Source: Trichinella spiralis (taxonomy: Eukaryota). Taken from it: a DNA stretch of 56,322 bases. Location of the stretch: NCBI RefSeq assembly GCF_000181795.1, contig NW_003526941.1:6373422-6429743 (forward strand), read 5' to 3'. Within the stretch, counting starts at the first letter, position 1. The number at the start of each line of letters is the position of its first letter. The position numbers were made by a program, and so were the translations under genes. Positions 1 through 14,200 of this stretch are shown here, one piece after another. The notes beneath the pieces are model-generated. The model saw nothing but the letters and a program-made list of their open reading frames with translations, did no database searches and had not been told where the DNA came from.

Positions 1-796
1 GATGTAGCCTAAAAAAGAAACAATTTTTACTCGCATGATTACAATACAATAGCTTTTTGCATACCACAATCAGTGGCTTTCGCAATTTCCACTCTCAACT
101 TCAAATACTGATGCCCACACAAGCCAGATTTTCGACTCTCCACAAGTTGGCCTGTTTGCGGAATGATGAACTGTTGTAAAAGTTTAATATTCTAAAAATA
201 ATTTTTTCAAATTCTTTGTTTCTTAAAAAAAACCAAGTCAAATTTAAAACAAACACGGTAATCAACGACCAAATATTCATCGCGACAAATTGGACATGGA
301 TAGTTTGTCCTGAAACGACCATCTCCGTCAACACAATTTGGTCTGGTTCTTGATAGCATGTGCATAGGACCTTTCATGTTCCGACGGTACAAAACCCAGA
401 TCAGATTATTACCATACGTTTGTTTGTAGGCTAGAATTTAAAAATTAGTACTTTGAAAAATCAAATTATTCAATAAATACCTTCGCTTTCCATATATTTT
501 ACACTGACGGGCCAAGGATGTATAGGCCGAAGTTTATTCTTTCTTTTCTCCACATCATTCGTACCCAATTCCTCCAAATTTACTGAAGCCATTTTTCCCT
601 GGTCATTATCAATTTCTTCAACCGGCGTTGATTCTGAACACAGAAGACGGGATGGTAAAAGCATACGCCAACTCGTTTGCAAATGCCTTGGTAAAATTAA
701 CGTCGAGCGATTATACTGACGCGTAAACAGCGAAAAGAACTAAATATTAACATTTATAATTATAACTTTAACATTTCTGAATGCACAGTTTACCAT
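1..796 (-). CDS. mrps-18B: Mitochondrial ribosomal protein S18B (mS40), 5' part; runs off the left edge
   Basis: Spliced model: ATG (794-796)|gtaaac, then exons 739-481, 430-~256, ~191-65 and <=8. Gives MFFSLFTRQYNRSTLILPRHLQTSWR (transit-peptide-like)...KYMESEAYKQTYGNNLIWVLYRRNMKG..RTRPNCV..NYPCPICRDEYLVVDYRNIKLLQQFIIPQTGQLVESRKSGLCGHQY, matching the S18B motifs YRRNxKG, CPICRD, LLxQFI and GLC. Confidence 0.9.
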
Positions 797-3700
797 TGAA
801 TTATACAATCAGCAACAGACAAACTTCAAAATTTTTCTTATGCTGGCAACCAATTACAGTAAATATATAACTTGGAAATCATTTTTAAATTACAGTGTTT
901 GTGATTAATATAAATTATTTAAAAATAAAGTTCTGAAGCGTGCGTTAAGCTCAGGTGAACTTTATCATGTTAATTTGTATAACATTCATGTTTTCAACTT
1001 CTAGAAAAAAATAATTAGAGTTTTTGTGCGTAATTTGAGCTGAAATGTGACGTTACATTTTTCCAATTAAACAATAATATGTGGAAAATTATTTAATTAC
1101 TCTTACATAATGCAATTTATTCATTTATCATGCAGATTTTTGTAATTAGTAAACATATATTTCAAATTTGCATACTGTAAAAAAATAAAAGCTTCGCAAG
1201 AGTGAATGTGAATATGAAGAAAAAGCAGTTGAAAAATGAGTCAACTGCAGCAGAATTAAAGATTTGCAGCATTTGAAACATTTCCAGCATTATTTAAAAA
1301 ATCGCCCTGTAATGAATGTCAATATTAAATTATTTTATGCTATATCAACAGTATTGGAAAATTTGTTATACAAATATTTTGAAAATTTCATTTATTCCAA
1401 TAATTCAATCGAACATTTTGTGTCAATAATCAAAATTATCCTAATTTTTAATTAGTTTTGTAATTAAGCTAAATTAGTGGATGCTTTTTGATTAATTGAA
1501 GAGAAATTTTGGAAAAATTAAAAAGAAATAGTCTTTGATTTTGAAAATTGGAAACAAGACGTCAAATGTTGAAATAAAATGCAAAAAGTGGCATTGGTTT
1601 GAGTGTAAATTTCCCATTGAAACGAGACGCAATGGAAATAATTTAGTGATAGAAAAAATACAAGTAAGTACAGATGGTTTTCAGCATTATTTTGCATAAA
1701 TGTCGCTTGCTGAAAGCGGTGCTGCTGCAAAGTGGCTTCTTTCATTTGGCCGGAAAAGCAGGAAATCAATCCTTTTGATGATGATGAAAGCGCCGTCGAT
1801 GATGCTTTGCTTGATCGAGACTCGAGATCGAGACTCTGCTTCACTTGTCGAAAGCGTTTAAAATTCAAATTATACTCCCAAGAGCTGCTTCATCCTCGAA
1901 AGTTTTGTTGTTCCGATCAGATTGGTGAACATTTTTTAACATTCCCAAAAAAAATCTTTTTCAATTTTAATTGAAAATTGAAAAAAATTTATTTAAAAAT
2001 CAAACTCTACGTAACCAGAGCAATTTTGCGTTGAAGAGAAGAGCAAAAAGTTGCATGTCCGTGAAGAAAGTGAGTGAGTATTGATCGAATATAAAACGGA
2101 ACGATTGGAACAGTCATAATTGCTATTTATAACTAATTAATTCATTGGAATAATTTTTGAATTTAAAAAAACAAACAAACAAACATATCCCGTTGAACAA
2201 AACATAGCTTATTACATGCAATGCAACAGAAAACTATTATTACGGTGAAATACAATTGAACATCTTTTTTCAGCCAAGTTGTTATTTATTATGGTACAGA
2301 TGCGAATCCAGATAATCCAAATTAGCTTCTACAAAATGAAACCATATTCAGTAGTTTCATTTTCTCTTCTTTTATGAATTTAGTAATGAACAATGCAATT
2401 AACGTAAGCAGAAAAAAAACAGATTTTTCGTAATGGCTATGCCATTTGGAAAATTATCCCGTCTATCGCTGACGTTTAATAATAATTCTACGTTTCAGCT
2501 TATTTGATGTATATATTAAATTTCGAAGATAATTTTTTCTCACTCACAAGCATACATACAAACATCAGTCATTTTGCTGCATGCTGCGCGATAATTTTAT
2601 CGATCAACAACTATTACAAATGATTATCATCCGATAATGCAGCTGATCAATAGCAAAAGACATAATTTATTGCCCAAGCATGTTTCATTGTTCCGCAAAT
2701 GGTAAAATTGCACTTCATCAGGCGTTTACATTAAAGTACATTAACCGACGTGATATTGTAATTGAAAATTATTTATTTCAATACATTTTATTTTTCAATT
2801 TTCTTACTCTACAATTGTTTACAATGTTCAAATTGTTGAGAAATAAAAAAGAACAGCCGTATCGGTGGAAAATTGTATATTAAAAAAGCAGATCCATTTT
2901 TCGAACAATTTGATTTATGCTTTCAGCACGTAAAAATCTATCGTCCAAAATGAGAAAGTTGTGAAATTAAAAACAAATTTTCTCCTTTAAAACATCTTTT
3001 GAATATTAAAATTATTTTTTTTAAAAAAACTGAAAACTCAATTTACATTAATCAAAAGTATTACATGTTATTTTTTCAACTCTTAATATTGACACTTGAT
3101 TATCAATGCATCGCTACAGTTTCAATTGTATAAATTGCAAATTTTTTTCCATGTCCGCATGATAAAAATTGACAGAACGCAGAAGCGTATAAGTGGGAAA
3201 TGTTTAACGCTGATTCAGCCAAAGAATGGTTCAAGCGCTGCGCACTTGTTTAATAACAAAAGTATTCATCATCAGCTTAAAAATCAATTACACGCTCACT
3301 TGGGCAAATCATTGAACATTTTCAAAGTACAAAAAGTTCCACTTGAATTGTTGGCTGAAAATTTTCATTTCTGAACGATCACAATCATCTGTATGCAAAA
3401 ACAGTGAAAATTAAGCACCAGAAATTGCAATGAATAGTGATAATGTTTCTTTAAGTGAAGCATATTTCTATGCTAATAATTGCTCGTTCAATACAAATGA
3501 CTAAGAACAATTTGTACGATTGTATAATGAAACAACAGCCCGAGCTTGGATGTTGTACTGTTTGAAATAGAAGAGACATTTTGCTTCAGTATTCTTTTTC
3601 TATTTATAATTATAAACCGATCATTGTGGAACTTGTATTGTGATTGATGATGGATGGAAATCGACCATAAAACTACAACATGCAATTGATGAGCATGTAA

Positions 3701-4444
3701 AATTGTAGAAAAGAGATTGAAAAATAAAAATGTAAAACAGAACAAAATTGCTTCACTCCACTTGATTGGATTAAAGTATTCACAACGGTGCTTCAGAATT
3801 GCAGGCGTGTGTCATATATATTTGATCAAGGGGTTTCCGTTTTGCAAAAGTCTCAGCAAATCGATGCAACACGGAAAACTTCAACTCTCAACATCAAAAA
3901 ACGGCATTCAGATATGCATTTATTTATTTATTTGCTATTTGTTTTCAATAGAGTTCCATATACCTTGTACACGCAGTATGTTTGTATCATAGAATAAATA
4001 ATACTGAAGGAAGGAAGGAAGGGTGATTTCATTTGAAATAATTTATTGTAATCTCATTAACTTAAAATTCAACGAGTAATATATTTTTAGCATATTAAAA
4101 TATGTGTTGAAAAAAGAAATTTTTTTTCTTAAATAAATCCAAGCAATTTTCAATGCTGTTGTTATCGTTGTTATGTTGTTGTTATTGTTGCAATCAAGGA
4201 AGGAGCGTGTATATATGTATATATGCAGTTTGACGAGTGGTTCAATGGGAATCGATATTTTTTCTAGTCGACTCTTATTTAGCATTTCTTTTGAGAGCAG
4301 CCGCTGCTATATTCACATATTACATGACGACCAGTGAGGACGATTCGCTTGGAAATTTTCTCTCGGTCAAGCCCAAGGCGTTGTCGTTCGTCCACAGAAT
4401 TGCAATTGATACTGAAACGTCGAAGCAAATGGCAGAACAAGCAA

Positions 4445-5045
4445 ATGGGATGTGTAGCTGGTAAGTCGTTGATGCGACTCCAAGCAGCAAAATCGACCAA
4501 ACACAATTCTGGCAAAGGTCGCTTCACCAGCATCAGAAATTTGTGGCGTAAAGCCCACACCCCTACAACTGACAGATCGAGCGAAAATAAATCCACCCTT
4601 GCAACTGCAACCGCAACAGCTCGTTCTTCCACATCGACAGATTCACCGTTCAATTCCAACCAACCTGTTACAAGTGATTTTTTTTGATTTTCAAGTATTA
4701 TTAGCATATTTCAACGTCACTGGTGTTGTAGTGAGTGAGAAAAACAATCAGGGTATGACGACGGCCTGCAGTAGTAGTTCACGTTCAAGTAAAAGCACCT
4801 TGCGTCGAGGAGTCACGATGCCAGCATTGCCAGAGCACAATGCAGTCGGATCTGAGGTGGACAATTTTCGTATCACCGGAGCACCGTACAGTCGAGCTGG
4901 GTAAGTTGTAAACAACAACAAGAAGAGGGAATAAATGCAAATTTGTTGCAGCCATAATTTGACTAGTAGTCAGATTGAATTTTTTCGCCTTCTCGATGAA
5001 AAAATTGCCCAAGGACCTGATTATGATCCGCTGGCCGATTCTTGA
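4445..5045 (+). CDS. C1orf21/DUF4612-like small protein with N-terminal MGC lipidation motif
   Basis: Phase-consistent exons 4445-4673, 4732-4900 (an alternative acceptor at 4704 is possible) and 4952-5045. Protein starts MGCVAGK and ends HNLTSSQIEFFRLLDEKIAQGPDYDPLADS*. This closely resembles the conserved C-terminus of vertebrate C1orf21 as I recall it (SQQEFFRMLDEKIEKGRDY), a protein that also starts MGC. Confidence 0.75.
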
Positions 5046-8000
5046 AATTGCTGCTGATAATTTTGGCATACGGAACACAAGTTCTTGCTTGTACTGTTTG
5101 AATATACCGTGTTTTTAATGTCTGTTTATTTATCTCCATTTTATGTTTGCTGGTGATAAAATGCTTATCAAAGTCGACGACTGAATTCTCATATTGATTG
5201 TCAGTGTTCTGTTATATTCTATTTTGTTGGTTGGCTCGCACAAAGACCAGTATTGCTCAACGCAGCCTTACGAGTAGGCCCTGTGCGTGGACTACAACGG
5301 TGGAGAATTTGTTCAATTTCTACTTGAGATGGGAAAAATAATTTTATCAAAAATTAATAATAATAATAATAATTGCTTCCCCCTCTCCATCCCCCACCCT
5401 TTACAACCAGAGAGCAACCAACTTCTTTTGCTCAACAAGCTAAATAATTTCGATTGAAATTTCGCATTTCGCAGTGAAAATCCCTTTTAACTTTTCTGTT
5501 TGTCTTTTTCCTTGTAAAAATGTAATCAGTATTAAATTATGAATGAAATAAAATAAAGCGAAATGCATTATTTCTTTGATACTAAATGGCAAAAGAAAAA
5601 TAGTTGACTTGCCAAAAGGCAAAACATCCACACAGCCGAAAGCCTTGAGCGGCAAAAGCGCACAGATGTCAGAAGAAATTGACAACGTTCTTTCTTCGCA
5701 AATTAAAGCCCAAAGATGAAAATTGTTCATTAATGGAATTTGAACAAAATAAAGTCAAAGTAAATTGGAAGAAGTTTAAATTTCAATGTTCAAATATTTT
5801 TCGCGCCGATCAATTTCCATAAAATATTCCAAACAAATTTAAATCTTATCTTTGAATACATTCGTCTAAACATAGTATTATTTGAAAAAAAAATTAATCA
5901 CCGATTTTTACAATTGAATCGAAGTTCCAAATTTAATTTAGAAATAATCTGATTTTTGCCAATTTCGATAAAATTATCTATTTCACTTTGAATTCTGCAG
6001 ATCATTCAACTGAGACATAAATGAAATATCTAATTATCAAATCGTTACATATCTACTTTATAACTTCAGGTGATCAATTAGAATTTGAGGGTGAAATCAA
6101 ACGAAGAAGCCTCAGTTAAACGTATTTTAACGAAAATAATATTGTATAAAAGCTAAAATCACTAATACAATGCATCAATCAATATAAGAATCTATTCCTC
6201 TGAGATTCAACGTTGAAGATTTCCCATATTTTCTAAGCAAATATAACGTCATTCGAATGTTTCATTAAGCTAGTTTAATTTTGTACCGAAAACAATTATT
6301 GCCATTATTATCCCAGTCAAGGAAGTGCTATATTGAAACTTATAAATAACTACTGGAAAACAGTGAGACTTGAAACATAGCTGGCAAGCTAACAGTAGAT
6401 AATTTGTACTGTTCAATTATTATTATTATTATTAAATTTAAAGTTTCAAATAATTATTGATCATGATTGCGTACAGCAACAGCTCATTCTATTAATAAGA
6501 CATTTAAGCATCATAAACTACAGTACTCCATGAAATTCATGTTTAATTTAACTTCTCTATTCTACTTGCTTCAATAGCAGCTTTTCATTCAAATATACTA
6601 CAAAATATTATAAACATTTCGCACAAATTTACAAATATATAAGCCAGAAGTTATTCAATTAAATAATTACTTTAAAGTATATTAATAAAAACATAAGATA
6701 GATATGACAAAAAGTCGTTAAGTCAATTATAAAGCTTCATAAATGTTTGAATTTCTTTTCAATAATTATAATTTAAGGCCAATAAGTTGTATATAAGATT
6801 GCATTGTCATGTAAACTAACAAACAGAAAAACGAATAACCAACATTAGATAGACAGCATTCGTTAATGCTGCTTTCCTTTCAATTTTACATTTAGTTCAG
6901 TTTAGTTTATAAGCTATGTTTACAAGTTGAATAACAAACCGCATCCATCATTTACTGAATTGTAAAAAGCAGCCTATTTAAAAGAATTCAATGCATATAA
7001 GAATATAAATATTACCATTTCATTGTATTTTTTGCTAATTTATAATTTAGCTGAACAGTGTTCCTTTATTAGTTAAAAAAATTTCTGTTTTTCATATTGC
7101 ATACATTCATGTATAAACACTGCAATGTATAATAGAATATTATCAAATAAAAAAGGTAAAATATTTTCGAAAATATAGCGTATCAAGTCAATAAGTTTAA
7201 TCATCCAATACTAGTTTCAAATGAATGCTCTAAACAAGCAAAACACCGTCGACAAATACACAGTTAAATTGCTTGCAAAATTACAAACTCACAGCAAACT
7301 GTTGTATCAATGATTAAATAGCATTTATTTTTAATAATTAAAATCACGTATAGCGCTAGCATCAATAAACTTTAAAATGCTAAAACCAGTTTCCCATTTT
7401 CCTCTACTCTCTATAGTTCATGAGAAATAATTATTTTAATTTCAAAAACGTAGAAAGCAATGCAAGATCGATCACAATAAGCAAAGGCAAAACCATTGAT
7501 CAAACAATAATGGAACAATTATTACCAAATATTCACATACTTACTTCATAGATTCCACAATTGCAACTGATGATTTTAAAACAAATTTACAGAATATGCT
7601 GTATTGATAAAAATAAATTCCACTAATTCAAATTCATCAAGCTTCGTCAATATTTGCTTAACAAAAATTTGAATACAAATGAAACAAAAGCTTGCGCAGC
7701 CTCAAATAATTGAACAACGGAGCACACAAAAGTGAACATCAGGTACAGCAATTTCACACCTTCGCGGATGTAATAACTGAATAATAAAACCATAATTTGT
7801 TAAAAACAAATAAAAATATGAATTATAAAAATTTTTATTTTTGTTCTAATTTAAACGATAATCTAACAACTGCAATAAAGATTTTCATTAAAACATTCAT
7901 CTAGCATTTTTAAATGCATAAATTGATGAGCAAAAACGGTTGTGCAGTTAATCAAATATTTGATCAAACATTAAAAAAATGCCTTTGCTAAAGTTATTCT

Positions 8001-9432
8001 TATAAATTAATTAACGTAAATTTGAAAATATTTCAATTTCAAATATTGCACAAAAGTAATCTGCAAGCTCGTCAGATCTCTGGTAAAGCAAAACAATTTA
8101 TTTTACTGAAAAATTGATAACAAACAATATGAAGAAAAGAAAAGTTATAAATTATCAATATATTCGAAATATTCATATACATAAGTTAATAATATGCATT
8201 TAGAGCTTTTTTATGCAAAACTGATGCTTCATTTCAGAAAAGAACAACAACACACTCCTTACTAAGTGTACAAATCATATCATTTTAAAAACAAGACTTT
8301 TTAACCAACTAAACCAATGTATAATAGTGCAATATGAAAGCAAATATGAAAATCATTTTGCTTTGACCTGAAACATTTGTATGAAATATCCAGTTGTAAT
8401 CAAGTTACAAAAGTGCAAGTGACTTCAAATAACACACCAACTGCGTTCAAACAAATCATTTCAAATGCTTCTTCAATAAAAACAGTTGTTATAAAATTAA
8501 CCTGTTTCACAAATTATGCAGCGTTATCCATTCATTCTACGTTTAAATAAAACTAGATTTTTACTTATTTTAATGCTGACTTTTCAAAATTATATCATCA
8601 TAACTATTCAAAAATTATAACATAGTGACAAACAGAAAGATTCACTTTCTCAACAAGAAAAAGTAAGTTCTCATACGGATAAAATCTTAATGACAGTTGC
8701 TTTTTATCAGGTTTTTCAATCTGCTTAAGTACGCAACTGATAGCCAGCGACTGATTACAATAATACATCATTAAAATATAGCACTTCTGAATTTATAATA
8801 AATCAATTATGCACTTACAATTAATTTAAAAGAAAATTAAATTAAATTAACTGCTAAAATCACTTTCTACTATAGCTTTAGATGTTATGTAGAACAGAGT
8901 ACCAATTCGTATTAGCACACATAATATTCTGATGATAAATATGCACAGATAAATATTAAGAAGAGTAAAGCCTAAACAAAACAAACAGTTTCACTTTATA
9001 CGATTATCAACATTCAAAGTAACATGTTCAACAGTAAATAGCATTACAAATACCACCAATTTACATTAGCAGCATGCAAAGAATCACCGAAACATTCTTA
9101 AATGAAACGCAGAGAAAGAAAATTTTTGCATAATCATTGCAAGAGCTGAAAAAAACACCTTCTACTTTCAAAACAAGTAATTAAACAGAAAAGATTAAAT
9201 TATCAATAAAGAATAAATTTCTCAAAATATATCTCAATATTCATACTCCAATACTGCAGTAAAATTCAACTGCTTTAATGAATGACTGAGATTAAATTGA
9301 AACTTGAAAAAATAAAAATAAAAAAGAAACAAACAGAATTATTATTGAAACAAATTTTGAAGCAATAAACAAAATTTTGAGCATTTCACTTGAAACTAAA
9401 TATTCTGAACTATCAGAATAATTATCACTACC

Positions 9433-9440
9433 TATAAAAG
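9433..9440 (+). promoter_or_regulatory. Candidate TATA box of 5'-nucleotidase copy 1
   Basis: TATAAAAG about 55-60 nt upstream of the ATG at 9494. The AT-rich background makes a chance match possible. Confidence 0.3.
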
Positions 9441-9493
9441 CAATATGATTATCTGATATCGAAATTCAAAGTTTAAAAATTTTAGATTTCATA

Positions 9494-11217
9494 ATGGTAT
9501 ACCAAACGAATAAGCACTGGTTTCTCAGTCTTATTTTTTGTTGGACAGCTCAATCGTTAAAGTTAACAATATTACACACTAATGATGTCCACGCAAGATT
9601 CACCCCGTAAGTTCAAATAAATAAATATATATATGTATCCATTTGTGGAATATGTCAATAATTAATAAAATTAACAGTTTCAACAATGATTTGAAAGACT
9701 GCAGTGCAAGTGATATAGAAGCAAATGAATGCTTTGGCGGAGCGGCTAAACGAATAACAGCGGTTAGAAGAATACGAGAAGAAGAAGAAAACGTCCTCCT
9801 TTTTGATGCTGGTGACCAATATCAAGGAACGTTGTGGTATGTGCTATTTCGACACCAAGCAGTTGTTGAAGTAATGAACGTCATTGGCTACGATGCGATG
9901 GCACTTGGCAATCACGAATTCGATCATGCTCTTGCTGGTTTACTTCCATTACTCAGAGAAGCAAAATTTCCAATTATGGCTGCTAATGTTGCCAGTGATA
10001 ATGAAGAACTACAAGCTCTCCTCAAACCGTACACAATATTCACCTTTGACGATGTCAAAGTGGGAGTTATTGGATATGTAACACCGTTGACTAAAAAATT
10101 ATCAAAAGCCCATGAAGTAGAATTTGAAGATGAAATTGAAGTGCTAACAAAAGTTGCATCTCAATTAAAAGAACAGGGTGTCAACATGATCATCGCAGTA
10201 GGACATTCAGGCATTCAAATGGACAGATTAATTTGTCAGAAAGTACCAAATATCGATATAGTTGTCGGAGGACATACCAATACATTTTTGTACAGTGGTA
10301 AACAACCATCAGTTGAAGAAATTCAAGGTCCATATCCTGAAATATACAAGGATCAAGGCAAACCATGCCTTGTTGTAACAGATTACGCATTTGGAAAATA
10401 TCTTGGCTTTTTGAAAGTTGAATATGACAAAGAATTAGATCAAGTTACTAAATGGGACGGAAATCCAATTCTACTTGACAATCGTTTCCACGCAAGCAGA
10501 GAAATGGAAAATATTCTAGCAACTTACAAACATCAATTACATGAGATTACCAGCACAGTGATTGGATCTACGGCAGTAAAAATCGACGGACGTTTCAGTA
10601 CTTGCCGCCTTCAAGAATGCAATTTGGGAAATATGCTAACTGATCACTTGGTTCGCAAAGTGATGAAAGAATCTGACATACGACTGACTGAAAACGGCGA
10701 TTCTTGGGCACCAGCACCGATTGCGCTGATCAATTCCGGTGGAATAAGAAATTATCTGAAACGTTATTCCGGGAACGTTACTTTGGAAGACGCTTATTCA
10801 ATCATGCCTTTTGGTACTCAGTTCAAGTTACTAGAAGTTACTGGACGACAACTAATGGAAGTTTTTGAAAACAGTGTTTCTGAGTATTGGCCAGATGGAC
10901 CGTGGGGTCGATTTCTTCAAATGTCCGGTGCTAGAGTTGCATACAATTTATCCATGCCCGTGGGAAGTCGCGTACATTCATTACAACTACGTTGCGCAGA
11001 TTGTCCAATTCCCATTTACAAGAACTGGGATGCTGAAGAATCATATCGTTTGCTCATTTCAACTTTCATGGCAGACGGAGGAGACGATTTTTCGGTGTTT
11101 CCGAATGTTCCAAATCATAAGCTGTTGAATTTCACTGATACTGAGCTAGTGATTGATTTTTTCAGAACTAGTAGTCCAGTGTGGACCGGTGTTGAAGGTC
11201 GCATAATTTTCATTTAA
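9494..11217 (+). CDS. Secreted 5'-nucleotidase/apyrase (CD73/UshA family), copy 1, 550 aa
   Basis: Exon 1 is 9494-9606 (MVYQTNKHWFLSLIFCWTAQSLKLTILHTNDVHARFTP: signal peptide plus metal motif), intron 9607-9677, exon 2 9678-11217. Motifs DAGD, GNHEFD, GHSG, GGHTN, NSGGIR, PFG and GGDDF are present. Ends GRIIFI with no GPI-anchor tail. Confidence 0.95.
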
Positions 11218-11254
11218 ATATGTTCAGTAAATTGCAGAGGTTCTATACTGCAAA

Positions 11255-14200
11255 CCTGTACACTGCATTTCTGCACCAAGATTTGTATTTGCTTCAAACT
11301 GTTGAAATGTGTGCTGTTCGAAATAAAACTGATATCTATCATAAAGTACAGCTTCGCAATACTTTACGGTGCTCTTGATTTTACTTAATAGCAATTACTA
11401 AACTATGTTTTACAAGTTGTTCTGATACTAATTTTACGTGCTTTGTTTCATATCATCAGAACTGCGTCGCTTGATGAAGCTCTTCAGCAGTGACAAAACG
11501 TTGACTAGGTAGGAGAAAGCTAACAGTAGTTACGCAATTTACAAAACGAGAAATAATTTTGGGGTTACCGAGTTAAAAGAAAACATTACGTACTGCTCGT
11601 AGAAGCATAATTCTTATGAAACTCATACTCGCTATGAAATACATGGCATTTTCATACACATAAATATCCTGCATTGTACGAAATACATACTTACATACCA
11701 CTGAATGACCGCCATTCATCATCAAAAGCCACTTTACAAATGATCATTAGCTATTGTTACAACAACTGAACGCTGAGCGTTTCTGTTCCAAAGCCAAAAT
11801 AATGGAATTGTGGAGCAAAATCTGAAACGTAAAGGCTTGTTAAAATAGTTCAATAAAATTAAATCATACATAACATCAATTAATAGCAGAATTTGCATAT
11901 TTCCTGTTGGATTTCACGATAATGGTTATACATTCGACTATTTACTTACGCATTACGTAGTGGTATTTCGTAGAATTCTGCTGAATTTGAATTTGTTTGA
12001 ATTTTGTGTGAAATTCAATATAATGTCTCAATATGCAATGACAATGCTAAAGCAAAGTACACAAAAATATATTTCCCTCATTCTTAATGGACTACAGTTT
12101 TTAAAGAACAACCCAGTACAAAGTGCTTAATATCTTACAAAAATAAAATTCATATTCATCAATCGTTTTAAATCGAATGTTGGTTCACTGATATGTATTA
12201 ACCGCTTCATATAAAGCATATCAGCAAGTCATTACTAAACTTGATTACATAAAAAAATAAATAATGAAATCATGTGAAACTTATATTTGATAATTTTATG
12301 CAAATTTTTCAAAAAAACATTTTAAACTACAAAATCAAACTGTGTCAAAATATAAATACTTTTTCATGATCAACTTTCAGATAATAATTTCAATGCTTAA
12401 CAAAAGCATTTTTTTTAAAATCAAATTACTCACATGCTTGTTGCTATATACAATAATTATAATAAAAGACAACGTTGCAGCTTTATCACTGCCTGAAAAT
12501 AACCAACTGCCAAAATCGACATAATTCCTTTTAGAACACTACAAGATCCTTGCATAGAATTTTAAAAAATAGAATCAACAAAAATTTATTATACACACGG
12601 AAACGCACAACTTTGTCACATTTTTCCACTGTAAATAGTAAAAATATTGAAATGAGTTGCTCTAACAATTATCTATTGTTGAAAAAATATTACTGTTTAC
12701 TTTATAAACAATATTGAAATTGACAATAAAGTAATATCAAACTAATGGAATCAAAGTCATCAAATAATAAAATCATGGTCAGTAAAATGCCTCAGAATCT
12801 TGATTTCAACCACGAATATTTAATGTCAACTAAAGAAACAAATGCAATTCTTAAACTTTCTAAATATCATTAAAAAAACATTCACATATAATTGTATAGT
12901 AATTACAACTATAGTTGCAAAGCAGTCAAATCTTAAAAAAACAAATAAGCATATCAGAAATAGTGGTAAATTATTTCGTGACGAAATTAACACATATACT
13001 ACACAAGGAAAGAGGCAATGTGACAATTTAGTTGAATTTTAAGCAACTGTTTGTACTAATTTAAGGTAAACATTTTAATGAAACCACTTTTATTCTCAAA
13101 CGTCGGAAATACATGAATATAAACATACAAATACATATATATATATGTTCGCATAAAATCAAGGAAAGGCAGAAATTCAGGTGAGAAGAATCGTCTGAAA
13201 TTTACAGAAACTATTTCTAGTAAGTATCTTTAGATAATTATCTAACTGCAATCTGCGTTCCGCATTTCTCGTATAATATATTATATTCAATCACATATCA
13301 CTGAGAAAAAATACCATTAATAACTCTCTGAATATTACTAAACGTTAAACAGAACAACATTAATAAACCAGTGTCGCTCTTTTCACAAACAGAAAAGAAA
13401 TACTGGAAAACCTATTCATTAGAAAAAATAACATAAAAACTCCATCATTACCTAATTCAAAAAACCAAAACATTCTTCTATTTCACAAAATATGAACATT
13501 CATTATTGCAATTCAAATTTCTTCCTTAAAAAAAGTTATTTAGGTTGATTAGACTTCAAAATGATATATCAAGCAGGAATATACTTGCTTCTCAGCTTCG
13601 CTTTATCTTGGACAGTTGATTCATTACAGTTAACACTAATTCATACCAATGATGTCCATTCAAGATTCACTCCGTAAGTTGCATTTCCAATTTCACGCAT
13701 ACCTTAATAATCAATAATATTAATCTACAGTATTAACAATGAACTGAAAGACTGCACTGCAGCTGACATAGCAGCAAATGAATGCTTCGGTGGAGCGGCT
13801 AAACGAATGACAGCGGTGAGAAGAATTCGCAAGAAATACAAGAATGTTCTTTTTTTGGATGCTGGTGACCAATATCAAGGAACGTTGTGGTATGTGCTAT
13901 TCAGGCATAAGGCAATTGCTGATGTAATGAATGCTCTGCGTTACGATGCGATGGCACTTGGCAATCACGAATTCGATCATGCTCTTGCTGGTTTACTTCC
14001 ATTACTCAGAGAAGCAAAATTTCCAATTATGGCTGCCAATGTTGCCAGTGATAATAAAGAACTACAAGCTCTCCTCAAACCGTACACAATATTCACCTTT
14101 GACGATGTCAAAGTGGGAGTTATTGGATATGTAACACCGTTGACTAAAAAATTATCAAAGGCCCATGAAGTAGAATTTGAAGATGAAATTCAAGTTTTAA

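Noticed and set aside
4237..4464. ORF MTTSEDDSLGNFLSVK... ending at a gtaagt donor, as an alternative first exon
   Set aside because: The MGC frame gives the family-typical N-terminus and joins the downstream exons in phase; the other frame has no support beyond the donor-like sequence.
5400..9400. 4-kb AT-rich interval upstream of the nucleotidase array
   Set aside because: No credible ORF, repeat structure or nucleotidase pseudogene remnant could be seen by eye.
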